Source: Macrostomum lignano
Lineage: Eukaryota
Assembly (NCBI GenBank): GCA_002269645.1
Contig: NIVC01000254.1
Coordinates: 372,001 to 436,000, forward strand
DNA length: 64,000 nucleotides
Direction of reading: 5' to 3'
The position numbers and the translations under genes were made by a program. A model generated the notes under the pieces. It was not told where the DNA came from. It made no database searches and saw nothing but the letters and a program-made list of their open reading frames with translations. Shown here piece after piece: positions 1 to 12,609 of the stretch. The stretch's first letter is position 1; every line of letters begins with the position of its first letter.

Positions 1-165
1 TCGATAGATGGCTGCGGGAGAGCGGGACGGGGCTGCAAGAAATTTAATTGCGGCTATTCGGGCGACGGGGAGTGTCGATTGCTTGAGAATCGACCTTCCT
101 GAGTGCGGGGAACCACGGGTAACTGCTGGCTGGGGCACTCACTGGACTGTCCACTGAAGTGCAGA

Positions 166-166
166 G

Positions 167-202
<36 letters not shown>

Positions 203-207
203 AGTCA

Positions 208-254
<47 letters not shown>

Positions 255-282
255 AGTCAGTCTGTCTGTCTGTCCGTCTGTC
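166..282. repeat. (TCTG)n microsatellite
   Basis: Direct reading of tandem tctg units. Confidence 0.95.
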
Positions 283-752
283 TCATCACTTAGCTAAAGC
301 ACACAGACCACTCACGAGCCAATCAAAAGTGAAGATTGGAAGACACGACCTTGTGCTACAAAACTGGTACAATACTTTCAATTCAAAATTATCTAACTTT
401 GACCAAAAACCTATATTGTTGGTCTCATAATTCATACTTTTACGTTAGTATGAAATCAAATTGATGGACTTTAAAAGTTTCGCAAGACTAAAACAACCAA
501 ATAGTTCTATTTAGTTTGAAGTGAGAGTTTAGTAGACAAAAGAAAGATAATTTTTTTGCTCAGAAAGTCAACAAAAGCAGGAGCAGACGGTTAAAGTTTT
601 TATTTATCCAATATTTTTCTGATGTTTGTGATTGTTTAAATTTTGTTATCAATATTTTTACAGTATTTTTCTTGATTCTTTGTTGAAATCGTTAGACTTC
701 ACTCCAGCAGATTCAAAATTGGTTTTTAATCGCAACGAATGGCGACACCTCG

Positions 753-2802
753 CTAACCTTGCATGCCATAGGCCATGAACTCGCAGATGGTGACGTATTC
801 TGCACCATTGCTGCGACTCAAAATGCGGATTCTCGAGCCGAAGGCGTTGCTGGTGAAGTTGGACACAGAGAACGGAGCGCTGAGCCTCACCTGGTTACAC
901 ACGGACCCGTCCACAAGGATGTCGAAATTGTTCAGTCTCTCAGGGCAGCAGTCCTGCCTGTTGTAGATGGTGACGAATGACACGAGAGATGGAGCCGTGA
1001 GACTGGCCTCCCACCACTCATTGAGGTTTTTATTGGTGTGAGTGCAGGAATGCCTGTGATAATGTTGATTTGTTCCGCCATCAATTGCGCGGCTGCACGG
1101 CTCTACCGATGAGCTCTGGCCGCAGCTGGCAATTGGCAGTTTCTTAGAGTCTGTAACTAATAGGAACAGGCAGGCAGTTTGTTTTGCAGTGACGTGTGTG
1201 GCAATTTTAATTGGAGGGGCCGCAACACAAATTAAGAACAGCATTTGGTGTCTTGGTGGGCGCCCCCTGTTTCTTGGTTGGCGCCCCTGTCTCTTGGTGG
1301 GCGTCCTTGTCTCTTGGTGGGCGCCCCTGTCTCTTGGTGGGCACCCCCTGTCTCTTGGTGGGCGCCCCTGTCTCTTGGTGGGCACCCCCTGTCTCTTGGT
1401 GGGCGCCCCCTGTCTTTTGGTGGGCGTCCCTGTCTCTTGGTAGGCACCCCCTGACTCTTGGTGGGCGCCCCTTGTCTCTTGGTGGGCGTCCCTGTCTCTT
1501 GGTGGGCACCCCCTGTCTCTTGGTGGGCGTCCCTGTCTCTTGGTGGGCGCCCCCGTCTCGTATTTGGCGCCCCTGTCTCTTGGTTGGCGCCCCTGTCTCT
1601 TGGTTGGCGCCCCCTGTCTCTTGGTGGGCGTCCCTGTCTCTTGGTGGGCACCCCCTGTCTCTTGGTGGGCGTCCCTGTCTCTTGGTGGGCGCCCCCTTTC
1701 TCTTGGTGGGCGCCCCGTCTCGTATTTGGCGCCCCTGTCTCTTGGTTGGCGCCCCTGTCTCTTGGTTGGCGCCCCCGTCTCGTAGTTGGCGCCCCTGTCT
1801 CTTGGTGGGATCCCTTGTCTCTTGATGGGCGCCCTTGTCTCTTGGTGGGCGCCCCTGTCTCTTGGTGGGCGCCCTTGTCTCTTGGTGGGCGCCCCTGTAT
1901 CTTGGTGGGCGCCCCTGTCTCGTAGTTGGCGCCCCTGTCTCTTGGTGGGCGCCCCTGTCTCTTGGTGGGCGCCCTTGTCTCTTGGTGGGCGCCCCTGTCT
2001 CTTGGTTGGCGCCCCTGTCTCTTGGTTGGCGTCCCTGTCTCTTGGTGGGCGCCCCTGTCTCTTGGTGGGCGCCCCCCTTTCTCTTGGTGGGCGCCCCCGT
2101 CTCGTATTTGGCGCCCCTGTCTCTTGGTTGGCGCCCCTGTCTCTTGGTTGGCGCCCCCGTCTCGTAGTTGGCGCCCCTGTCTCTTGGTGGGATCCCTTGT
2201 CTCTTGATGGGCGCCCTTGTCTCTTGGTGGGCGCCCCTGTCTCTTGGTGGGCGCCCTTGTCTCTTGGTGGGCGCCCCTGTATCTTGGTGGGCGCCCCTGT
2301 CTCGTAGTTGGCGCCCCTGTCTCTTGGTGGGCGCCCCTGTCTCTTGGTGGGCGCCCTTGTCTCTTGGTGGGCGCCCCTGTCTCTTGGTTGGCGCCCCTGT
2401 CTCTTGGTTGGCGTCCCTGTCTCTTGGTGGGCGCCCCTGTCTCTTGGTGGGCGCCCCTGTCTCTTGGCAATGGGGATCAGGTTGTGACCCACCTCGCACG
2501 AAGATGTCACAGGCGCCGGTGCTGACCCAGGCGCTGGCATTGAGAAACGCCTGCAAGTCAAACAGCCGACACGCGCCGAGCAGCCAGTAGAAGCCGAAAC
2601 AGTGCGACCTGCGGCTGCACACGATGCCGCAGCTGATCTCGCCGTCGTCGGGCTGCACATCGAGAAAGTTCAACGGAGCGACAGCACTGGCTGTCCTGGC
2701 AGCGGTGAACTGCACACCCGGACTGATCACTTCCGCGGCTATTGCAGCTGTCAAACAGACAGCAAGCGCGACTTCAAAGGTGCAGCATCGCCGAAAAGTC
2801 AT
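753..2802 (-). CDS. Secreted PAN/apple-domain + F-type (fucolectin/FTP) lectin, 2 exons, about 235 aa
   Basis: Exon 1 is 2802-2493: signal peptide MTFRRCCTFEVALAVCLTAAIAA, then PAN-like CGIVCSRRSHCFGFYWLLGACRL. Donor G|GTGGGT, acceptor ttacag|AC. Exon 2 is 1150-753: QSS..AIDG..SCTHT..WW..YNRQDCCPERL, with an intact HX26RXDX4R fucose-binding motif. Total 708 nt, in frame. Confidence 0.88.
1250..2468. repeat. 20-bp GC-rich minisatellite (ctcttggtgggcgcccctgt) filling the lectin intron
   Basis: About 60 tandem units; includes a 382-bp higher-order duplication. Confidence 0.95.
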
Positions 2803-3299
2803 ATCGGTAATCTTGTCAGTAAATCCGGATTGTCGATTCGGAGCTAATTGCAGAGCTTTTGTTTGGGAAATACCGGTATTTATCCCAGCAGGAGGAGCAG
2901 CCGTCAGCAGTGAATTCCCCAGCATCTCACCTATTCTGAAGCATGCATTTCGTTTGATTCACGACTTTCAACCGCCGACATCCAATTTCTCTATTGTCGA
3001 CTGTTTCTCATCGCTGTAGCCACCTGCGAGCATCCCCATCATTATTTTGCACTCCATCCATCTTCCTCTTTTCCCACGGGGTCCGACTGAGCGCCCGCTT
3101 AGAATGTCTACCCTGTCTTTCTCCCATACTGTTTCATTCTGTTGCTGTCCCCCTATTTGCAGCATAGTTAATGCACCCATCAATCCGGATGATGGCAAAC
3201 TCCCTCCGGCCCGCGAAGCCTCTCTATTTGGACCTCGAGTTTTTTGAAACTTCACAATAGCAATCCGGCCCGGCCCGCTCAGGGTTCGTGTCTCTTCTC

Positions 3300-4212
3300 A
3301 GCTCTCTCCCCCTTCTCTCTCTCCCCTCCTCTCTCTCCTCTCTCTCTCCCTTCCTCTCTCTCCCCTCCTCTCTCTCCCCTCCTCTCTCTCCTCTCCTCTC
3401 TCTCCCCTCCTCTCTCTCCCCTCCTCTCTCTCCCCTCCTCTCTCTCCTCTCCTCTCTCTCCCCTCCTCTCTCTCCCCTCTTCTCTCTCCCCTCCTCTCTC
3501 TCCCTTCCTCTCTCTCCCCTCCTCTCTCTCCCCTCCTCTCTCTCCTCTCCTCTCTCTCCCCTCCTCTTTCTCCCCTCCTCTCTCTCCCCTCCTCTCTCTC
3601 CCCTCCTCTCTCTCCCCTCCTCTCTCTCCCCTCCTCTCTCTCCCCTCCTCTCTCTCCCCTCCTCTCTCTCCCCTCCTCTCTCTCCCCTCCTCTCTCTCCC
3701 TCCTCTCTCTCCCCTCCTCTCTCTCCCCTCCTCTCTCTCCCCTCCTCTCTCTCCCTCCTCTCTCTCCCCTCCTCTCTCTCCCCCTCTCTCTCCCCTCCTC
3801 TCTCTCCCCTCCTCTCTCTCCCCTCCTCTCTCTCCCCTCCTCTCTCTCCCCTCTTCTTTCCCCTCCTCTCTCTCCCCTCCTCTCTCTCCCCTCCTCTCTC
3901 TCCCCTCCTCTCTCTCCCCTCCTCTCTCTCCCCTCCTCTCTCTCCCCTCTTCTTTCCCCTCCTCTCTCTCCCTCCTCTCTCTCTCCTCCTCTCTCTCCCC
4001 TCCTCTCTCTCCCCTCCTCTCTCTCCCTCCTCTCTCTCCCCTCCTCTCTCTCCCCTCCTCTCTCTCCCTCCTCTCTCTCCCCTCCTCTCTCTCCCCTCCT
4101 CTCTCTCCCTCCTCTCTCTCCCCTCCTCTCTCTCCCCTCCTCTCTCTCCCCTCTTCTTTCCCCTCCTCTCTCTCCCCTCCTCTCTCTCCCCTCCTCTCTC
4201 TCTCCTCTTCTG
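3300..4212. repeat. CT-rich 14-16-bp polypyrimidine minisatellite
   Basis: Tandem ctcctctctctccc-like units. Confidence 0.95.
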
Positions 4213-4221
4213 ATTCTCTGT

Positions 4222-4622
4222 TTAGGTGTCTGAGTGGAGCCACTTTGGGTGTCTGAGTGGAGCCACTTTGGGTGTCTGAGTGGAGCCACTTTGGGTGTCT
4301 GAGTGGAGCCACTTTGGGTGTCTGAGTGGAGCCACTTTGGGTGTCTGAGTGGAGCCACTTTGGGTGTCTGAGTGGAGCCACTTTGGGTGTCTGAGTGGAG
4401 CCACTTTGGGTGTCTGAGTGGAGTCACTTTGGGTGTCTGAGTGGAGCCACTTTGGGTGTCTGAGTGGAGCCACTTTGGGTGTCTGAGTGGAGTCACTTTG
4501 GGTGTCTGAGTGGAGCCACTTTGGGTGTCTGAGTGGAGTCACTTTAGGTGTCTGAGTGGAGCCACTTTGGGTGTCTGAGTGGAGTCACTTTGGGTGTCTG
4601 AGTGGAGTCACTATAGGTGTCA
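4222..4622. repeat. 23-bp minisatellite (gggtgtctgagtggagccacttt)
   Basis: About 17 near-identical units. Confidence 0.95.
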
Positions 4623-5179
4623 GAGGCGTAGCATTTTGTGTCCGAGATCGCACATTGCTTGGGTATCTGAGCACTGCAGAGCTAACTAGTCGGCATAAAA
4701 TATCACCACACGGCGCTCCTGTTGACACAGGCCGCCCAGAATGCAAATTTGTAAAGAAATTCTACACAGTCGCTTCCGCGAGAGTAGCTTGTCGAAAATC
4801 TGGAGCGAAAAAGTTTTTCCTTGGCTACAAATTTAAATCTGCGTCTCCGCCATCAGACTAAAACGGGAATGAAAATGAAAACTTTTCTCACCAAAAAATT
4901 GACATGAAATTATTGCTGCAATCGAATTCGCAAGCGCTGATGGTAACCATGGGGCGAGTCTGACCAAATTACTTGGCAATTTTCTCAATTGTGATTCGCT
5001 AGCGCACAGACTTGGACTCAATCGTCTCATAATATTTCCGTGCCTGCTCAGGCGGCAGGCAGCTTCCTTTGAGCACTATTTTAATCAGAATTTCCAATCA
5101 GGATAAGCTTTAATCTGTGCCAGATTTTCACTTGCAGTTCCGCCCCGCAGCCCAGCATTAGGGCGATTTTATCACCCCT

Positions 5180-5790
5180 GCTCTCTCTCCCTCTCTCCCT
5201 CTCTCCCTCTCCCCCTCTCCCTCTCGCCCTCTCTCCCTCTCTCCCTCTCTCCCTCTCTCCCTCCCTCTCCCCTCTCTCCCTCCCTCTCCCCTCTCTCCCT
5301 CTCTCCCTCTCTCCTCTCTCTCCCCCTCTCTCTCTCTCTCCCTCTCTCTCTCCTCTCTCCCTCCCTCTCTCCCTCTCTCTCTCCCTCTCTCTCTCCCTCT
5401 CTCTCTCCCTCTCTCCCTCCCGCCTCTCTCCCTCTCTCCCTCTCTCCCTCTTTCCCTCTCTCCCTCCCCCACTCTCCCTATATCCCTCTCTCCCTCTCTC
5501 TCGCTCTCTCCCTCTCTCCCTCTCTCCCTCTCTCCCTCTCTCCCTCTCTCCCTCTCTCCTCCCTCTCTCCCTCTCTCTCTCCCTCTCTCTCTCCCTCTCT
5601 CTCTCCCTCTCTCCCTCCCGCCTCTCTCCCTCTCTCCCTCTCTCCCTCTTTCCCTCTCTCCCTCCCCCACTCTCCCTATATCCCTCTCTCCCTCTCTCCC
5701 TCTCTCCCTCTCTCCCTCTCTCCCTCTCTCCCTCTCTTCCTCTCTCCTTCTGTCCCTCTCCCCCTCTCTTCCTCTCTCCTTCTGTCTCTC
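5180..5790. repeat. CT-rich low-complexity repeat (ctctctcc)
   Basis: Direct reading. Confidence 0.9.
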
Positions 5791-6144
5791 TCCCCTGTTC
5801 TCTTCCTACTTCACCCCTGTTCTCACAGTCTGTGCCTGCTTTACTGTTCTCGCCTTCTCCATCTTCAATTCTCTGTAAGCGTTGTAACCCAAGCTAGAAA
5901 GTCGTTAACTCCCTTAGACGTTTTCAATTTTATCCTGTAGTTCGTCCACTCACTTCCTTGGGGCTCGTGAGATGACAGCGGCGCACTGACAGAAAAATCG
6001 ATGCCCATCAACACAAAAGAGTCTAAGACTGCTTAATTATATTCTTACTACGAGCGTAGTATTTTATTGATTTTTTAACACGCATATCGTATTATTTATT
6101 GATATTAATAGTCATTATAAACAGTATAGTAATATCGTCTCATA

Positions 6145-6695
6145 TAGATAGAGGGGGAGAAAGGGGATATGGAGAGGAGAGATATAGAGAGAGAGAGAGA
6201 TAGAGAGGGAGATAGAGATGGGAGTTGGAGAGGGAGATATAGAGGGAGATAGAGAGGGAGATGGAGAGGGAGATGGAGAGGGAGATAGAGAGGGAGATAG
6301 AGATGGGAGTTGGAGAGGGAGATAGAGATGGGAGATGGAGAGGGAGATAGAGATGGGAGTTGGAGAGGGAGATAGAGATGGGAGATGGAGAGGGAGATGG
6401 AGAGGGAGATGGAGAGGGAGATAGAGAGGGAGATAGAGAGGGAGATAGAGATTGAGATAGAGAGGGAGATAGAGGCAGATAGAGAGGGAGATAAAGAGGG
6501 GGATAGAGAGGGAGATAGAGAGGTAGATAAAGAGGGGGATAAAGAGGGGGATAGAGAGGGAGATAGAGAGGTAGATAAAGAGGGGGATAAAGAGGGGGAT
6601 AGAGAGGGGGATAGAGAGGGGGATAGAGAGGGGGATAGAGAGGGGGACAGAGAGGGGGATAGAGAGGGGGATTGAGAGGGGATGAAGGGGAGATG
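6145..6695. repeat. 12-bp purine-strand minisatellite (gatagagaggga / gataaagagggg)
   Basis: Direct reading; same family as 7170-9195 in the opposite orientation. Confidence 0.92.
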
Positions 6696-7169
6696 GGGAT
6701 CATTCACTTCAGTCGGTGTCCAGAAATCTTATTTTATTCTCCTTCATCGGCAGATGTCAGTCGAAGAAACGAAAACTGCCTCTAGAAACGTGTCGATGCA
6801 ACAAATTTCTGAGCTCTCGTCTCCACATTCCCTCACACATCTCTCAGCGACTCAGAACTCAATAGAATGACTATTTTGATGCACTGTGTTGTTCTGCCTT
6901 CAACATCTGCGCACCACAGTGTTTTGCTTCGGTTCCTTTCGAGACAAAATCTCATTAGCCTGGCCAGGACTCCGGTGAGCTGCCGGTCTGCATCATTTAG
7001 CTCAGAACCTGCTGGGCCGAATTCTGCCTGATGCACCATCTGCTTTGATGTTTCCTCTCCAGTCTCCCGATCTCCTCATACCCTCAGCTTTTTTCTAATA
7101 GCATAAACCCTGCTGCTGACCGCTGACTGGGATGAATTCAATACGATGCTCTATCAACCATAAACAACC

Positions 7170-9195
7170 GCTCTCCTCTCTATCTCAATCTCTATCTCCC
7201 TCTCTATCTCCCTCTCTATCTCCCTCTTTATCCCCCTCTCTATCTCCCTCTCTATCTCCCTCTCTATCCCCCTCTCTATCCCCCTCTTTATCTACCTCTC
7301 TATCTCCCTCTCTATCCCCCTCTTTATCCCCCTCTTTATCCACCTCTCTATCTCCCTCTCCATCTCCCTGTCTATCCCCCTCTTTATCCCCCTCTCTATC
7401 CCCCTCTTAATCCCCCTCTTTATCCACCTCTTTATCTCCCTCTCTATCTCCCTCTCCATCCCCCTCTTTATCCCCCTTTATCCCCCTCTTTATCCACCTC
7501 TCTATCTCCCTCTCTATCCCCCTCTTTATCTACCTCTCTATCTCCCTCTCTATCCCCCTCTTTATCCCCCTCTTTATCCACCTCTCTATCTCCCTCTCTA
7601 TCTCCCTCTCAATCCCCCTCTTTATCCCCCTCTTTATCCACCTCTCTATCTCCCTCTCTATCTCCCTGTCTATCCCCCTCTTTATCCCCCTCTCTATCCC
7701 CTCTTAATCCCCCTCTTTATCCACCTCTTTATCTCCCTCTCTATCTCCCTCTCCATCCCCCTCTTTATCCCCCTCTCTATCCCCCTCTTTATCCACCTCT
7801 CTATCTCCCTCTCTATCCCCCTCTTTATCCACCTCTCTATCTCCCTCTCTATCCCCCTCTTTATCCCCCTCTCTATCCCCCTCTTTATCCACCTCTCTAT
7901 CTCCCTCTCTATCCCCCTCTTTATCCACCTCTCTATCTCCCTCTCTATCCCCCTCTTTATCCACCTCTCTATCTCCCTCTCTATCCCCCTCTTTATCCCC
8001 CTCTCTATCCCCCTCTTTATCCACCTCTCTATCTCCCTGTCTATCCCCCTCTTTATCCCCCTCTCTATCCCCCTCTTTATCCACCTCTCTATCTCCCTCT
8101 CTATCCCCCTCTTTATCCACCTCTCTATCTCCCTCTCTATCCCCCTCTTTATCCACCTCTCTATCTCCCTCTCTATCCCCCTCTTTATCCACCTCTCTAT
8201 CTCCCTATCTATCCCCTCTTTATCCCCCTCTCTATCCCCTCTTTATCCACCTCTCTATCTCCCTGTCTATCCACCTCTCTATCTCCCTCTCTATCCCCCT
8301 CTTTATCCACCTCTCTATCTCCCTCTCTATCCCCCTCTTTATCCACCTCTCTATCTCCCTCTCTATCCCCCTCTTTATCCCCCTCTCTATCCCCCTCTTT
8401 ATCCACCTCTCTATCTCCCTGTCTATCCACCTCTCTATCTCCCTCTCTATCCCCCTCTTTATCCACATCTCTATCTCCCTCTCTATCCCCCTCTTTATCC
8501 ACCTCTCTATCTCCCTCTCTATCCCCCTCTTTATCCCCCTCTCTATCCCCCTCTTTATCCACCTCTCTATCTCCCTGTCTATCCATCTCTCTATCTCCCT
8601 GTCTATCCACCTCTCTATCTCCCTCTCTATCCCCCTCTTTATCCACCTCTCTATCTCCCTCTCTATCCCCCTCTTTATCCACCTCTCTATCTCCCTCTCT
8701 ATCCCCTCTTTATCCCCTCTCTATCCCCCTCTTTATCCACCTCTCTATCTCCCTCTCTATCCCCCTCTTTATCCACCTCTCTATCTCCCTCTCTATCCCC
8801 CTCTTTATCCACCTCTCTATCTCCCTCTCTATCCCCCTCTTTATCCACCTCTCTATCTCCCTCTCTATCCCCCTCTTTATCCACCTCTCTATCTCCCTCT
8901 CTATCCCCCTCTTTATCCACCTCTCTATCTCCCTCTCTATCCCCCTCTTTATCCACCTCTCTATCTCCCTCTCTATCCCCCTCTTTATCCACCTCTCTAT
9001 CTCCCTCTTTATCCACCTCTCTATCTCCCTCTCTATCCCCCTCTTTATCCACCTCTCTATCTCCCTGTCTATCCCCCTCTTTATCCCCCTCTCTATCCTC
9101 CTCTTTATCCACCTCTCTATCTCCCTCTCTATCCCCCTCTTTATCCACCTCTCTATCTCCCTCTCTATCCCCCTCTTTATCTCCTCTCTCCATCT
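7170..9195. repeat. 12-bp pyrimidine-strand minisatellite (tccctctctatc / cccctctttatc)
   Basis: About 2 kb of tandem units; reverse complement of the 6145-6695 family. Confidence 0.95.
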
Positions 9196-9949
9196 CCTCT
9201 CTCTGACTCCCTTCTCTGTCTTACCCCTCTATCTTCTCTCTATGTCCTCTCTTTATCTCCCCTATTAATCTCATCTCTCCTTCTCTCCTCTCTGACTCCA
9301 CTCCTTTTCTACCTTTCTATCGCCCCTCTCTAACTCCCCTCTCTGACTTCCCTCTGTCTTCACACTCCGTCTCCCCGGCCTTTATATCCCTTTCTTAATC
9401 CTACGCCCAACACTCTAAAAGCTACTGTACAAAGAGAATGTGAGACATTTTCCCTAGTTTCGGTAATGCAGGCTTGTATTTACAGTTTCAATTTCTTGTG
9501 TTCTTCCTTCAGTTTGCTGGGCTATTCGGGACCACTAAAGATAGAAGACTGTGTCAGGGAATAGCAGTTTATCACAGCAATACTCTGTCACTTTCTCTGC
9601 GTGTTTTCCTTATCAAGACCAGACGATAGATAGAAATAGACAGCAGTTATATTTAGGATCGGAAGAGTTGAGATTTCCGAAGTGGTCCGAAGACAATTTG
9701 GTTCAATAGTGTCGGTTGCGGACTTGGACTGAGCTGAAAGTAAAATCCCAGACCTCATCCCGCAGCCCATGCACCACACTTTCTGAGTGGCCGTCTATTT
9801 CCGTGATTAGGTCTCTTCGTTTTCGTTACTTTTTCAGCTTCTTGTGATGACAAGGCGCACTCTGATGGTGTCCTGACAGGACACTTGTCTTCGGCTGGAA
9901 GTCTTCTTACTAAAGTACATGCTGTCCTTTTATCACTGATGTTTTTAAA

Positions 9950-12032
9950 TGGAATCACAAGTGTCTAACGGGAATCGCAAGTTTCTAACCGGAATTACAA
10001 GTGTCTAACAAGAATCGCAATTGTCTAACAAGAATCGCAATTGTCTAACAAGAATCGCAATTGTCTAACAAGAATCGCAAGTGTCTAACAAGAATCAGAA
10101 GTGTCTAACAATAATCACAAGTGTCTAACAGAAATCACAAGTGTCTAACAAGAATCGCAATTGTCTAACAAGAATCGCAAGTGTCTAACAAGAATCAGAA
10201 GTGTCTAACAATAATCACAAGTGTCTAACAGAAATCGCAAGTGTCTAACAAGAATCACAAGTGTCTAACGGGAATCACATGTGTCTAACGGGAATCACAT
10301 GGGTCTAACGGGAATCACATGTGTCTAACAGGAATCACATGTGTCTAACGGGAATCACATGGGTCTAACAGGAATCACAAGTGTCCAACAAGAATCACAA
10401 GTGTCTAACAAGAATCACAAGTGTCTAACAAGAATCAGAAGTGTCTAACAAGAATCACAAGTGTCTAACAAGAATCAGAAGTGTCTAACAAGAATCACAA
10501 GTGTCTAACAAGAATCACAAGTGTCTAACCGGAATCACAAGTGTCTAACAAGAATCACAAGTGTCTAACAAGAATCAGAAGTGTCTAACAAGAATCACAA
10601 GTGTCTAACAAGAATCACAAGTGTCTAACAATAATCACAAGTGTCTAACAATAATCACGTGTCTAACAGAAATCAAATTTGTCAAACAGGAATCACAGGT
10701 GTCTAACCGCAATCTCAAGTGTCTAACCGGAATCACAAGTGTCTAAAGGGAATAACATGTGTCTAACAGGAATCACAAGTATCCAACAAGAATCACAAGT
10801 GTCTAACAAGAATCACAAGTGTCTAACGGGAATCACATGTGTCTAACAGGAATCACAAGTGTCCAACAAGAATCACAAGTTCCTAACAAGAATCACAAGT
10901 GTCTAACAGGAATAAATTTCGTCTAACGGAAATCACAAGTGTCTAGCCGGAATCACAAGTGTCTAACAGGAATCGCAAGTGTCTAACATGAATCACAAGT
11001 GTCTAACAAGAATCACAAGTGTCCAACGGGAATCACAAGTGTCTAACAAGAATCACAAGTGTCTAACAAGAATCACGTGTCTAACAGAAATCAAATTTGT
11101 CAAACAGGAATCACAAGTGTCTAACCGGAATCCCAAGTGTCTAACCGGAATCACAAGTGTCTAACAGGAATCACAAGTGTCTAACAGGAATCACAAGTGT
11201 CTAACAGGAATCACAAGTGAATCACAATTGTCTAACAAGAATCACAAGTGTCCAACAAGAATCACAAGTGTCTAACAAGAATCACAAGTGTCTAACAGGA
11301 ATCACAAGTGTCTAACAAGAATCACAAGTGAATCACAAGTGTCCAACAAGAATCACAAGTGTCTAACAAGAATCACAAGTGTCTAACAGGAATCACAAGT
11401 GTCTAACAAGAATCACAAGTGAATCACAAGTGTCTAACAGGAATCACAAGTGTCTAACAAGAATCACAAGTGAATCACAAGTGTCCAACAAGAATCACAA
11501 GTGTCTAACAAGAATCACAAGTGTCTAACAGGAATCACAAGTGTCTAACAAGAATCACAAGTGAATCACAAGTGTCTAACAAGAATCACAAGTGTCTAAC
11601 AAGAATCACAAGTGAATCACAAGTGTCTAACAAGAATCACAAGTGTCTAACAAGAATCACAAGTGAATCACAAGTGTCTAACAAGAATCACAAGTGTCCA
11701 ACAAGAATCACAAGTGTCTAACAAGAATCACAAGTGTCTAACAGAAATCACAAGTGTCTAACAAGAATCACAAGTGAATCACAAGTGTCTAACAAGAATC
11801 ACAAGTGTCCAACAAGAATCACAAGTGTCTAACAAGAATCACAAGTGTCTAACAGGAATCACAAGTGTCTAACAAGAATCACAAGTGAATCACAAGTGTC
11901 TAACAAGAATCACAAGTGTCTAACAAGAATCACAAGTGTCTAACGGGAATCACAAGTGTCTAACAAGAATCACAAGTGTCTAACAAGAATCACAAGTGAA
12001 TCGCAAGTGTCTAACAAGAATCACAAGTGTCT
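9950..12032. repeat. 20-bp minisatellite (aatcacaagtgtctaacaag)
   Basis: About 100 units with interspersed 11-bp truncated units. Confidence 0.95.
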
Positions 12033-12609
12033 CTCTCTAGTATCTCCGCACAGGTAATCAAATGAACTGATATCGGAAGTCTCCCTCCCATATACAGTAT
12101 TTCACCATGCAAAGGTAATACATGCGGAGCTCCTTTCTTACAGAATGAGCCTGCAGACTCTCTACTCCAGTGCACTATTTCCCCAGCACAGAGTCCCCAG
12201 CCAGAAGGCAGTCGTCAATCATATAACCGCTAAACAACTTCTCGATTGCAAGTTAGCCGAGCGTCTCAGCGTCGCCGTCTCGCCTTCATCAGGGTGGGCC
12301 TACCTCAGGCGGTATAGCAGTGCATGCAATTAAAACTGCAGCCAACCACTTCCTTCTCGTGAGCCTCTAAACCTGTCTGAGAGGCCCTGCTCGTTTTCTT
12401 TGATGACTTTGAAATTGACGCGGGATTAAGGCAGTGGCTCATTACAGATTATGGATCGATTAAAACTCAGCCTTGAAGGAAACATAACTTTGCTGCGTTG
12501 GCATAATCGATGCACTGTCATTCTCGAATATTGATATAATTACATGTAGTTTCCTGACGGTAGAGCGTCTTTTTGACACTGTTTTATAAAACAACACACT
12601 ATAAAGGGA

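Noticed and set aside
1-102. Open frame SIDGCGRAGRGCKKFNCGYSGDGECRLLENRPS*, possibly the tail of a PAN-like domain
   Set aside because: Only 33 codons, truncated by the window start; too short to support.
1207-2660. Long ORFs (572-635 aa) with GAPTKRQGRPPRDR repeats that appear to link the PAN and FTP domains
   Set aside because: They read through a 20-bp minisatellite inside a GT-AG intron (1151-2492) whose removal gives a clean in-frame lectin.
3163-3247. Possible plus-strand terminal exon IVNAPINPDDGKLPPAREASLFGPRVF* after a good acceptor
   Set aside because: No partner exon or homology was identified.
4222-4622. CRISPR-like appearance of regular 20-50-bp arrays here and elsewhere
   Set aside because: The units are head-to-tail with no unique spacers, there are no cas genes, and the context is eukaryotic.
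12060-12240. HGEILYMGGRLP, resembling the BEL/Pao GILRVGGRL motif
   Set aside because: The match is weak and no neighbouring pol motifs were found.
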